A DNA stretch of 40,953 bases from Nanobdellota archaeon (GTDB taxonomy: Archaea > Nanobdellota > Nanobdellia > Woesearchaeales > GW2011-AR9). The position numbers and the translations under genes are program-made. Location of the stretch: NCBI GenBank assembly GCA_038044525.1, contig JBBSZV010000001.1:1-40953 (forward strand), in the 5' to 3' direction. Under the pieces are notes generated by a model. The model had not been told where the DNA came from, ran no database searches, and saw only the letters and a list, made by a program, of their open reading frames with translations. Below are positions 7,447-15,724 of this stretch, piece after piece. The stretch's first letter is position 1. Each line of letters starts with the position of its first letter.

Positions 7447-8397
7447 ATGAACATCGCAATTCTGGGCGGAGGAAGTTGGGGGAGCGCCATGTCCGTCCAT
7501 CTGGCCAAAAAAGGGCACCGAGTAAAAGTATGGGAATTTTTTCAGGAACAAGCCCAGGAGATGCAGCAAAAAAGATTCTGCAGGCTTCTTCTTGAAGTGA
7601 CGCTGCCGGAAAATATCTTCGTGTCGCATAAGATGGAAGAAGTCCTCCCTGAAGCCGAATTAATCCTGCTGATGATCCCCTCTGACAAAGTCGGGATGAC
7701 TGTGGAAAAAGCAACAACCTTGATTTCTGGACAACCGATAATCATCTGTTCCAAAGGATTGGGAGAAGGACTGGCCTTGTTAAGCGATACTATAAATGAA
7801 AAAGTATCTGGAAATGTATATTGCTTATACGGCCCGACTCACGCGGAAGAAGTAGGGAAAGGGGTATTCAGCGGGATCGTCCTGGCCGGTCCCTGCGGTA
7901 AGGAACGGGAAACGATCCGGGCGGCCATCGCTTCTGAGCAGCTGAAAGTGGAAGTCAGCGATGACCTCATCGGAGTCCAGCTCTGCGCGGCGTTAAAAAA
8001 TATCTTAGCCGTCTTTATCGGCATTTTAGACGGAAAAAAATTAGGGGATAACACTAAAGCGTACGTGATCACCAAAGGCTTGGAAGAGATAAAGATGATC
8101 GGCCTTAGGTTGGGAGCGAAGGAAGAGACCTTTTATGGTTTGGCAGGTCTGGGAGACGTTATCGTAACTGCTACCAGCAAGCATTCCCGGAATCGGCATG
8201 TGGGCGAGCAGGTCGGGAAAGGAAGAAAATTGGATGACGTTCTTGCAGAGATGAAAATGGTAGCTGAAGGGGTCACTGCAGTGAAGAAAGCGGTGGGATT
8301 TTCTGAAAAATTAGGGTTGGAACTGCCGTTGATACAGGGATTGCACGGCATTTTATTTGAAGGGAAGGACGTGGAAGAAGTATTATCGCGGTGGTGA
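7447..8397 (+). CDS. gpsA: NAD(P)H-dependent glycerol-3-phosphate dehydrogenase
   Basis: ATG 7447 gives MNIAILGGGSWGSA (Rossmann). It also carries GPTHAEEV, DLIGVQLCAALKNILAV and GLGDVIVTATSKHSRNRHVG, which are collinear with the bacterial GpsA motifs. Confidence 0.85.
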   Translation: MNIAILGGGSWGSAMSVHLAKKGHRVKVWEFFQEQAQEMQQKRFCRLLLEVTLPENIFVSHKMEEVLPEAELILLMIPSDKVGMTVEKATTLISGQPIIICSKGLGEGLALLSDTINEKVSGNVYCLYGPTHAEEVGKGVFSGIVLAGPCGKERETIRAAIASEQLKVEVSDDLIGVQLCAALKNILAVFIGILDGKKLGDNTKAYVITKGLEEIKMIGLRLGAKEETFYGLAGLGDVIVTATSKHSRNRHVGEQVGKGRKLDDVLAEMKMVAEGVTAVKKAVGFSEKLGLELPLIQGLHGILFEGKDVEEVLSRW

Positions 8398-8408
8398 GAT
8401 AAAAATAT

Positions 8409-8663
8409 TTAAGGCTGCTTTTTCTTTGCTTTCTCCAGAGCTTCTTCAAATCTCTTTTCATTGAAGCCGAGGACTATTTCCCCGCCGAAATCTACGACCG
8501 GAACGCTTATCTGCCCGGACTTTTCGATCAACTCATCGCGATACTGGCTGTTCTGGCTTTCCGCGACATCACAGTCTTGGAAGGAAAGCTTCTTTTTCTT
8601 CAGCCATTCCTTAGCTTTGGTGCTCCAGGGACAGGTCGGGATAGTGTATATTTTTATTTCCAT
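8409..8663 (-). CDS. Glutaredoxin/NrdH-like thioredoxin-fold protein (monothiol CPWS site)
   Basis: MEIKIYTIPTCPWSTKAKEWL...ISVPVV is the Grx fold pattern. The second active-site Cys is replaced by Ser. Confidence 0.7.
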   Translation of the reverse strand: MEIKIYTIPTCPWSTKAKEWLKKKKLSFQDCDVAESQNSQYRDELIEKSGQISVPVVDFGGEIVLGFNEKRFEEALEKAKKKQP

Positions 8664-8664
8664 T

Positions 8665-9489
8665 TTATCTTTTGATCATACCGCTTAGTTTTTGCAGGAG
8701 ACTATTGGTTTCTTTGCTGATGACATACTCAGCAGAACCATTCTCAAAGATTATGACCTCTCCGGGCTCTGCTGCCATCCATAAAAGATGGGGGAAGGTT
8801 TTAAGCTTTTCTGAGCTGATTATCAAACCACCATTTCCCCGGCCGATATTCATGCGGAAATATTTTGACAACTCGTTTTTTCTTATCGCGACATAGGTTT
8901 TTTCTTTGGTAGCAAGAATGACATTTGTTCCTTCGGTTTTATAACGCTGGAGGGTATTGCGGATGACACCCCCCAGATTATCTTTAAGCCTGTTGCAGCC
9001 TGTTTCCAGGCCTTTGTTTTCATCGAAATCGCTTAAGATAGAATAAAATAATCTTTCTGAATCGGTATCTCCTTTCGGCTTGAATCTGGGATTGAAATTT
9101 ATTTTCCCTTTGATGGTGCCGTTGTGGCAGAAAACGCAGCTTCCCAGCCGGGGATGTTTTACCATGAAGGGATGGGTGTTTTCTAATAAAACTCTGCCCC
9201 CTGATTTCTTCCGCACGTGCATTACCAGCAGGTTAGTCTTAATCTTCCCGATCTTGCGGAGCTTGCTCGCTTCCGAATCCTTAAATATGGCTTGGGTAGA
9301 TCTCTGGACTACAAATTCTCCGGCTTTATTAAGATAAGCAGCGCCCCATCCGTCCGGATGCTGACAGCTTCCTAGCCCTTTTTTTTCATTGAGTTCGTGG
9401 ATAGAATTTTCATCCTTGGCCATCAGGACGGCGCTTTCGACTATCTTGGCGGCATCAAAGTTCCCGGAAGCTACGATCATGCGGCACAT
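8665..9489 (-). CDS. Class II (Ntn-type) glutamine amidotransferase, YafJ-like
   Basis: The M-C start (MCRMIVASG) supplies the nucleophile Cys2. Other motifs are HPDGWG, HVRKKS, NTHPF, HNG and DSE. Confidence 0.75.
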   Translation of the reverse strand: MCRMIVASGNFDAAKIVESAVLMAKDENSIHELNEKKGLGSCQHPDGWGAAYLNKAGEFVVQRSTQAIFKDSEASKLRKIGKIKTNLLVMHVRKKSGGRVLLENTHPFMVKHPRLGSCVFCHNGTIKGKINFNPRFKPKGDTDSERLFYSILSDFDENKGLETGCNRLKDNLGGVIRNTLQRYKTEGTNVILATKEKTYVAIRKNELSKYFRMNIGRGNGGLIISSEKLKTFPHLLWMAAEPGEVIIFENGSAEYVISKETNSLLQKLSGMIKR

Positions 9490-9700
9490 CTTTAATCCTT
9501 CCCAGGACCGAAAATGCAGATATTTCTCTTAAATCTTTTGTGAAATTGCGGCTAAAAAACCAAAATCTTTTAAATAGGACGCCTTTTAAAACATAAATTC
9601 GGGGTACAAGAAGGCAATAAGCCGCCTCCTGTGCAGAAAAACCCAAAAAGGGGTTTTTCTTGTATCTAAACCCCAAATCCGGGCTTAAAAGGGAAATAAC

Positions 9701-10366
9701 ATGTCAAAAGACCAATCAAAGAAAAACTTAAGCAGAGTTAATGTCAAAAAGAAAGTTTGGTATAAGATCGTGGGCCCAAAAATGTTCGGCCAGATGGAAT
9801 TGGGAGAGACTTACCTGTCTTCTCCGGAAGAAGCTTTAGGCCGGACCGTAAAGATCAATTTAAAAGATATTTCTGGAAATGTGAAGGATCAGAACGCTTA
9901 TGTATGTTTCAAGCTGGATGCGATAGAAGGGAATGTATTGAAAGCTTCCGCTATCGGATACGAACTGACCGCGACCCATGTCAAAAAATTAGTGCGTAAA
10001 AATACTGACCGGATCGACGATTATTTTACTTTCACGACCAAGGACAGAAAAAATATCATCGTCAAGACCTTGATCATCACGCAAATCAAGGCCCAGCGTT
10101 CTGTCCGCGGGCAGCTGCGGAAAAAATTGAGCGATTTTCTCGCTGAAGAAGCGAAAAACAGCACTTTTGACGTCTTAGTGGATAATCTGGCCACCAGAAA
10201 AATACAGATGACGCTTAAGAAGATCCTCTATAAGATTTATCCGGTCAACGAAGTGGCAGTACGGGTCCTGACGCTGAAAAAATCTACCGCTGTCGAAGGT
10301 AATCCTGCTGAAGAAACGCCCGTTGCTGCCGCAGAGGAAGAAGCGCTTGAGGCGCCTGCGGAATAG
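9701..10366 (+). CDS. rps3ae: 30S ribosomal protein S3Ae (eS1)
   Basis: KKKVWYKIVGPKMFG...; acidic/Ala-rich C-terminal tail. Confidence 0.9.
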   Translation: MSKDQSKKNLSRVNVKKKVWYKIVGPKMFGQMELGETYLSSPEEALGRTVKINLKDISGNVKDQNAYVCFKLDAIEGNVLKASAIGYELTATHVKKLVRKNTDRIDDYFTFTTKDRKNIIVKTLIITQIKAQRSVRGQLRKKLSDFLAEEAKNSTFDVLVDNLATRKIQMTLKKILYKIYPVNEVAVRVLTLKKSTAVEGNPAEETPVAAAEEEALEAPAE

Positions 10367-10392
10367 GCCGAAACCTCGCGCTTTGCTGGTGA

Positions 10393-10995
10393 ATGCTGAT
10401 GAAATTTCTTGCTTTTACTGACGTGCATGAAGATAAAGAAGTGCTGAAAGACCTGCTGGAGCGCGCCTCCCAGAAAGATATTGATTTCGTGGTGTGCTGC
10501 GGAGACATTTCTACTTTCGGGAACGGCTTGAGATATAACCTCAAAAGATTGGATTCTTTAGGCAAGGAAGTGTATGTCATTCCGGGAAACCATGAAGAAA
10601 GCCCGGAATTCGGCGCGCTGGTGAAAGAGTTCCCTAATCTGGTGAATCTGGACCGAAGAGCCCGCGTGGTCGGTGATTATGTTTTTCTCGGTTACGGCGG
10701 CGGCGGATTTACGCTGCAGGATGCGGATTTTAGAAAGATCGCGCGGGAATGGTATGGAAAATATAACGGCAGGAAAATCGTGCTGGTTACGCATCAGCCG
10801 CCGTTTGGGAATAAATTAGACCTGATGGGCTCGCGTCATGTGGGCAATAAAGATTTCACCGCATTTATTTTGCGCATAAAAGCTAAATTAGCGGTCAGCG
10901 GCCATCTGCATGAGACTGTAGGCTCTGTTGATGCGCTCGGAGAGACCAAGATCGCCAACCCCGGCTGGGACGGGATGGTCATAGAACTGTTGTAA
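10393..10995 (+). CDS. Calcineurin-like metallophosphoesterase
   Basis: Motifs DVHED, CCGDIS, GNHE, THQPP and GHLHE in canonical order. Confidence 0.8.
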   Translation: MLMKFLAFTDVHEDKEVLKDLLERASQKDIDFVVCCGDISTFGNGLRYNLKRLDSLGKEVYVIPGNHEESPEFGALVKEFPNLVNLDRRARVVGDYVFLGYGGGGFTLQDADFRKIAREWYGKYNGRKIVLVTHQPPFGNKLDLMGSRHVGNKDFTAFILRIKAKLAVSGHLHETVGSVDALGETKIANPGWDGMVIELL

Positions 10996-10999
10996 AAAT

Positions 11000-11890
11000 T
11001 TATTTTAATAACCGCTCCATCCTTTTTTGTGCTTCTGATTCTTCTTCAGTTTCTATCTCTTCTTCAGCCATTTCTTGCTCTGCCTGAACATTGATAACAT
11101 TCTGGTCTTCTATCCTGAGATTATTCGCAGTTGTAATCTTTTTTCTTTCTTCCCAAGCTGAGGTATATGAAGAAGGGATTAATTTTTTAGCAGTCATACC
11201 TGTTAACAGTTTAATGCCTGCATGGATACCTTCGCCTAAGATTATTGCTGGTAATACAAATGCGGTGAAAGCAGCATACATTGGTATAGCAATATAAAGG
11301 CTTCCTGAAGGCCGTGAATACGTTTTCTTTGGGGGAGCATCTAAATACCTAACAATTCCGCTAATCCCACTGATTGCTAAAACTATTGCTGCAGAAATAT
11401 ACCCTTTTGCTTCCGGAAATGATGAAATATAATGGTAAGCTACCGCTGAGGCTGCGATTCCTTCAGCAACAACGCTATTTCTGGTATAAGCTGTCGGATC
11501 ATCGCCCAATTTTTTAGCGATATAAGTTTGCATAAATCCTGGTAAAATGCCTAATATAGAATTTTTTGTTAGATTGAAGGTTCCTTTTCCCAAAACAACT
11601 GCAATATCCCAAGCATCCAGTTTTGGTTTGTAAATTCCAACTTCTTTTCCGGCAACAACGTCATCGATGCTCTCGAATTCCTCTTCGACGATCTCTGCTT
11701 TCTTCCTGCTTATGACATCGTTGACCAAATGAGTTATATCTATTCTTCTGTAAACATCTTGCGCCTCCCAGCCCTTAAGAGCGTCTTTCATTTCCGGTTC
11801 ACAACCTTTCTCTTGGGCAAGATATAATGCCTTCTCCTGCGGAGTTCCTTCAAAAAGTACATATGCTAAATCTTTCTTTTCTTCGGTCAT
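11000..11890 (-). CDS. Membrane protein, tandem paralog A (unknown family)
   Basis: Shares EFESIDDVV, a multi-TM core and the C-terminal NLRIEDQNVINVQ motif with the upstream gene. Confidence 0.55.
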   Translation of the reverse strand: MTEEKKDLAYVLFEGTPQEKALYLAQEKGCEPEMKDALKGWEAQDVYRRIDITHLVNDVISRKKAEIVEEEFESIDDVVAGKEVGIYKPKLDAWDIAVVLGKGTFNLTKNSILGILPGFMQTYIAKKLGDDPTAYTRNSVVAEGIAASAVAYHYISSFPEAKGYISAAIVLAISGISGIVRYLDAPPKKTYSRPSGSLYIAIPMYAAFTAFVLPAIILGEGIHAGIKLLTGMTAKKLIPSSYTSAWEERKKITTANNLRIEDQNVINVQAEQEMAEEEIETEEESEAQKRMERLLK

Positions 11891-12729
11891 ATTATAGTTA
11901 AAGAATTGGTCGATTTTATCTTTGATTCAATTTTTTCCTGCAGCTCTTCTTCAGCAGCTTCCAGAACATCTTCTTCTGTCTGGATATCGATAACATTCTG
12001 TTCTTCTAATCTTAAATTCTTTTGAACTTCAATTCTTTTTCTTTCATCTTGGTAAGCTGAAGAGTAGGAATCTTTTACTGATTCACGAATTTTTTTCCCT
12101 GCTAAAATTGCGCCTAAAGTCAGATAGAAAGGGATTGTTGCAGATGGGCTTCCTAATACATCCCTAGATTTTATTCCATCTGCTAACCTACAAAAACCAT
12201 TAACTGCATACGCTATAGACCCTAAACAAATTACTGGAATTATGTTTGGTTGATAATTGCCGGAAAATGCTATTAATGAGTATACTACTCCTGAAATCCC
12301 CATAAGAAGATCTAACGACCCATTTGCAACAGTATAACTTGCTGCATTATCCCTAAACCTCGCAGCAATCTTATGTTGATATTTCGCCGGCAACGCTCCG
12401 ACAAACGGATAATACCATTGGTGAAAGTGCATCTTCCTCGCCAGATTCAACGTTCCTTTGGCAGCAACTTTCAGCGCGCTTGGTTTGGGTTGATATTCAA
12501 CTACAGCATCAATGCTTTCAAATTCAGCGTCGATTATTTCCGGCTTGCCGCAGACTTTATCCAAGGTTTGGATGGGATCTTCATCATAGTTCTCGCGGTA
12601 ATTTCCTTTGCGCAATTCGGCCGCAACTTCTGCTCCCTTACCACATTTCAGATCGGCATAAGCTATTATTCTCTTTTCAAGACTGCCTTCCAGAATTTTA
12701 CGCGCTTCATCAGGGTTGTATTCGGCCAT
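11887..12729 (-). CDS. Membrane protein, tandem paralog B (unknown family)
   Basis: ATG 12729 (the track start at 12741 is TTG). It has EFESIDAVV ... NLRLEEQNVIDIQ and an ATGA overlap with paralog A. Confidence 0.55.
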   Translation of the reverse strand: MAEYNPDEARKILEGSLEKRIIAYADLKCGKGAEVAAELRKGNYRENYDEDPIQTLDKVCGKPEIIDAEFESIDAVVEYQPKPSALKVAAKGTLNLARKMHFHQWYYPFVGALPAKYQHKIAARFRDNAASYTVANGSLDLLMGISGVVYSLIAFSGNYQPNIIPVICLGSIAYAVNGFCRLADGIKSRDVLGSPSATIPFYLTLGAILAGKKIRESVKDSYSSAYQDERKRIEVQKNLRLEEQNVIDIQTEEDVLEAAEEELQEKIESKIKSTNSLTII

Positions 12730-12770
12730 CTGTTTTTCCAATACACCCTAAACCCCCCGCCCGATTAGAT

Positions 12771-12785
12771 TTAAAAAAAATAAAA
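12771..12785 (-). terminator. Oligo-T tract (minus strand TTTTATTTTTTTT) immediately after rpl14e
   Basis: Plus strand reads AAAAAAAATAAAA just downstream of the rpl14e stop at 12788. Confidence 0.35.
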
Positions 12786-12787
12786 GA

Positions 12788-13168
12788 TTACGCCTCAAGG
12801 GGCGCTTCTTCAGTTTTTGCTTCAGCTTTAACTTTCTTCTTTGAAACTTTAGTTTCTTTAGCCGTTTCTTTTTTCTCCTTCTTGACTTTCTGCTTCTTCT
12901 GCCTTGCTGCAACTTTCTTCGGCTTGGTTTCCCATACCGGCAGCCCTAACTTCTCAAATGCTTTCTTTACGTCGGCGTGGACAGCTTTTGCTTTCAAATT
13001 AAGAGTTTGTTCTAACGGTTCCAGATGCTTGACATTGACTTTCTTCCGCCGGACATCTCCGTCTACAACGACGAACCCGGAAGCTGCTGCTTCAACCACG
13101 ACGCAAGTCCTGCCGGCATCTCTTCCCGCCAGCTTCACGCATAACCTTCCTACTTCAAAGATGCTCAT
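12788..13168 (-). CDS. rpl14e: 50S ribosomal protein L14e (eL14)
   Basis: MSIFEVGRLCVKLAGRDAGRTCVVV (KOW). ATG 13168 forms an ATGA overlap with the rpl34e stop. Lys-rich C-terminal tail. Confidence 0.85.
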   Translation of the reverse strand: MSIFEVGRLCVKLAGRDAGRTCVVVEAAASGFVVVDGDVRRKKVNVKHLEPLEQTLNLKAKAVHADVKKAFEKLGLPVWETKPKKVAARQKKQKVKKEKKETAKETKVSKKKVKAEAKTEEAPLEA

Positions 13169-13437
13169 GCTGATCCCCTCGCCCGTTGTTTTAACAATAC
13201 CCTCGTGCATGCTGAACACAGCACCCCGCCGTAGGGCCGTTCCGGCCTTTTGGCAGTCTTAGGCATATTTCTCATTTTAGAAGCGACATCTCTGGGAACG
13301 CCAGCTAACTGCCTCTTGCAGTTCCCACACAATGCTTTGCTTGGCTTTCTCTCGCGATAGTGGACCTTGAGCCGTCCGCCTGGTGCTTTCACGAATATTT
13401 TTCTTAATCGTCCTGACTTAAACATTCCTCGTGGCAT
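13165..13437 (-). CDS. rpl34e: 50S ribosomal protein L34e (eL34)
   Basis: MPRGMFKSGRLRKIFVKAPGGRLKVHYRERKPSKALCGNCKRQLAGVPR. Confidence 0.9.
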   Translation of the reverse strand: MPRGMFKSGRLRKIFVKAPGGRLKVHYRERKPSKALCGNCKRQLAGVPRDVASKMRNMPKTAKRPERPYGGVLCSACTRVLLKQRARGSA

Positions 13438-13575
13438 AGTTATGACCTCGCTCGTGTATTACTCAGTTAATATTTTTGGTATTCTTGGAGTGACAAAGAA
13501 AGAAGTGATACCCTCAATCCGAGTCGCCTCAAAGATTCGTCCGCTGGGGACTTAATAGTCCAGAATGATGGCTTT

Positions 13576-14064
13576 TTATAAAGGTTTTGATACAAAATCC
13601 GGGAAAGAGGATGTTTGTCCTATTACGCATCTCTTCATCGCTTCCGCCCGGTCAGAGTCCCGGAAATCTACTTCGATATGTTCGTAAATATTCTTAAACT
13701 GCCGGGGAGTATAATGATAAACATCCCTGAGCATCTCGCCGGAATAGCAGTCCGCATCTTTCTCGGCCTGTTTTTTGTCGTAGATGTACGCGCCATGATG
13801 CTCCAGCCGAATATGGCCTAATTCATGAAAGAAAATGAATTTTTGGGCATCGGGATGCACTTTCATCCTCATGTACGCCGGATTGTAATTGATGTAATAT
13901 CTGCCTTCGTGTAAGGTTGAACTCGCTTTCGGCGTCAGCAGTGGATTATCTTTCACTATTATCTCCCGCCCATTGTTGTCAGTAAAAGGAGTATTTAATG
14001 GCAGGTGAAGGCCGTAGCAGCCGGAACTGGCGATCATACCTGCTAATGCTATCGCTCTTTTCAT
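13576..14064 (-). CDS. Putative exported zinc metalloprotease (HExxH)
   Basis: Lipobox-like signal MKRAIALAGMIASSGC and an FFHELGHIRLEHH motif. Confidence 0.5.
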   Translation of the reverse strand: MKRAIALAGMIASSGCYGLHLPLNTPFTDNNGREIIVKDNPLLTPKASSTLHEGRYYINYNPAYMRMKVHPDAQKFIFFHELGHIRLEHHGAYIYDKKQAEKDADCYSGEMLRDVYHYTPRQFKNIYEHIEVDFRDSDRAEAMKRCVIGQTSSFPDFVSKPL

Positions 14065-14066
14065 TT

Positions 14067-14198
14067 GTTACGGATACCCCCTCGCTTGCGATGGTTTGGT
14101 TATTTGTTACGAATACTGATATGAGGTATCCGTAACTTTAAAAATCCCAACTATTGTCTATAAAATACCCCACCCCCTTTGGGGTGATTGGGATTTTT
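14067..14198. other. Nested inverted repeats in the intergenic region
   Basis: A 12-bp perfect IR sits at 14067-14078 / 14125-14136. An 11-bp perfect IR at 14140-14150 / 14188-14198 encloses the CACCCC-cttt-GGGGTG hairpin (14171-14186) and a TATA-like TCTATAAAATA. Confidence 0.45.
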
Positions 14199-14252
14199 AT
14201 TTGTATCACCCCGATGCTAAATAACCGACCGCAAATTATCAATAAATCCAGA

Positions 14253-15011
14253 TCAATATATCTTAAACACTTTTCGCAAACTTAAACTAAACACTATGGA
14301 AAATATAAAATAAATTCCTAGCCATCCGGGATACCAGCCGAACAAAGACAAATCTCCCAAAGGCTTTAACTTATTGTAATTTATGCTTATCTTCTCAATA
14401 TCTGAATGCTTGTACACGGAGATAGCCTCTTCAAACTTCAGATCCTTGGTTATCAATACTTTCTTCTGCTGTTCTGAATCGCCAGCTTTGACAGTTAAAG
14501 TATGTTCTCCCGCTGAACTTTTTAATTTCCATGTTGAAACACCATCTTTGACTTCCTGCGACTTTTCAGATAATAATTCAGTGCCGCTGTCAGTCATCAA
14601 TTCAGCACTGTCCATTTCTCCCACGAAAGCGGCCGTAACACTGTACGTTTCATCGGGATAAATCGGTTCAAACGCCAGATGCCCGGACATCCAGGTGAAA
14701 ATCAAGATTATCGGGAGCATAGTCACCAAAGTCGGCTTCAACGACTGCTTCATGTAATCCATATTCGCCTTCATCGCTTCCTTCTGCACTTTAAGCAATT
14801 CATCGGGATTAGAACGCAGCTCTTTCATCCGTTTCTGATACTCTTTCTGCTGCTCTTTCAGCCGTTTCATCTCCTCCTGCTTAGTCATGAACTTATATAC
14901 CAAAGTTATCATCAGCGAGACGATAAACGAAACTGATATTATAAGGATGAACGGACTGGTATTCAGCAGGGGCTGTAATACCGGATTCAATACTGGGTCT
15001 AAAAATGACAT
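14253..15011 (-). CDS. DUF106 / EMC3-Oxa1-like membrane insertase homolog with an inserted ~110-aa segment
   Basis: TM1, then a K/E-rich coiled coil (KQEEMKRLKEQQKEYQKRMKEL...KVQKEAMKANMDYMKQSLKP), then TM2 and a C-terminal TM. The position next to secY matches archaeal synteny. Confidence 0.55.
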   Translation of the reverse strand: MSFLDPVLNPVLQPLLNTSPFILIISVSFIVSLMITLVYKFMTKQEEMKRLKEQQKEYQKRMKELRSNPDELLKVQKEAMKANMDYMKQSLKPTLVTMLPIILIFTWMSGHLAFEPIYPDETYSVTAAFVGEMDSAELMTDSGTELLSEKSQEVKDGVSTWKLKSSAGEHTLTVKAGDSEQQKKVLITKDLKFEEAISVYKHSDIEKISINYNKLKPLGDLSLFGWYPGWLGIYFIFSIVFSLSLRKVFKIY

Positions 15012-15030
15012 GGAGGGGAAAGTTATCCCC

Positions 15031-15041
15031 TATTTTATAAA
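15031..15041 (-). promoter_or_regulatory. TATA-like box (minus strand TTTATAAAATA)
   Basis: About 25 nt upstream of ATG 15011. Confidence 0.35.
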
Positions 15042-15086
15042 TATTGTGGAGTAAGAAATGAAAAGAGAAAAGAAATAAAATAAGAG

Positions 15087-15362
15087 CTAATTAGAAAAGT
15101 CCTTGCCTAAAGTCCGTTCGCTGGACGGAGCCTGCTCTTCATCATTTTTATATTCTGGCCGCTTTATTTTCTTCTTGATGTAAGAAACAACCCTATCAAA
15201 AATGCTTGGCGCTCTTACTTCGTTAGGAGCCCAGAATTCTGGGTCGCAACTAAGCCCCGTTTCATAAAAAGAATTGTTTAAACTGGTCTTAACCCCTTCT
15301 TCCTGCGGAAAAAACAATGAGCCGTACATCCTTGGAGCAGAATCGTAACCGCCGATAACCAT
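15087..15362 (-). CDS. Hypothetical protein (91 aa)
   Basis: ATG at 15362 (the track start at 15371 is TTG). It occupies the slot where adk is usually found; family not recognised. Confidence 0.4.
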   Translation of the reverse strand: MVIGGYDSAPRMYGSLFFPQEEGVKTSLNNSFYETGLSCDPEFWAPNEVRAPSIFDRVVSYIKKKIKRPEYKNDEEQAPSSERTLGKDFSN

Positions 15363-15600
15363 TTTTTCCAATTTTGTTTTTACTTCCTTTTCTAATCTTG
15401 TTATTAGCTCCTTTTCTCCCCGGCCTAAGGTTTTTTCCTCTAATGAACTTGAGAAATTATCGTTTCTGTAGAACCGTCTGCTAACTTAATCGGTCTAATA
15501 ATTTTACAATAAACATCATTTGTAAATCCGTTATCATACCTTTGTTGTTCCATAAGTAAAACCTCCACATAATAAACAAAAAACAACATTATTTATAAAT

Positions 15601-15636
15601 TTACTCCATAAACTTACGCATAGCAGGATGCATATC
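15601..15636 (-). pseudogene. Relic copy of the last 11 codons plus stop of secY (DMHPAMRKFME*)
   Basis: 32/36 nt are identical to 15725-15760. All 4 differences are silent (GAG/GAA, TTT/TTC, CGT/CGC, TAA/TGA). Confidence 0.6.
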
Positions 15637-15724
15637 GCATCACAAACCTTTGCGCTCACTTCGTTCGGCAAATGTTTGATCGAAATCCACCCCAGTGGAA
15701 CATTCACTGCGTTCAGTTCCACAA

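Noticed and set aside
8409-8663. CPWS instead of CxxC in the glutaredoxin-like protein, considered as a possible pseudogene or sequencing error
   Set aside because: The ORF is intact and tightly coupled to the upstream amidotransferase gene. Monothiol glutaredoxin-like proteins are common, so it was kept as an ordinary feature.
12480-13262. 260-aa plus-strand ORF, with a companion ORF at 12373-12768
   Set aside because: It lies entirely antisense to rpl14e, rpl34e and membrane paralog B, which have clear homology. Its low-complexity Ser/Phe/Leu-rich translation is typical of a shadow ORF opposite Lys/Glu-rich coding sequence.
15440-15553. 37-aa ORF (MEQQRYDNGFTNDVYCKIIRPIKLADGSTETIISQVH) with GGAGG upstream and a TATA-like box at 15591-15600
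   Set aside because: Its signals are plausible, but it is too short and has no recognisable similarity. It is not reported as a feature and is mentioned only under the secY-relic finding.
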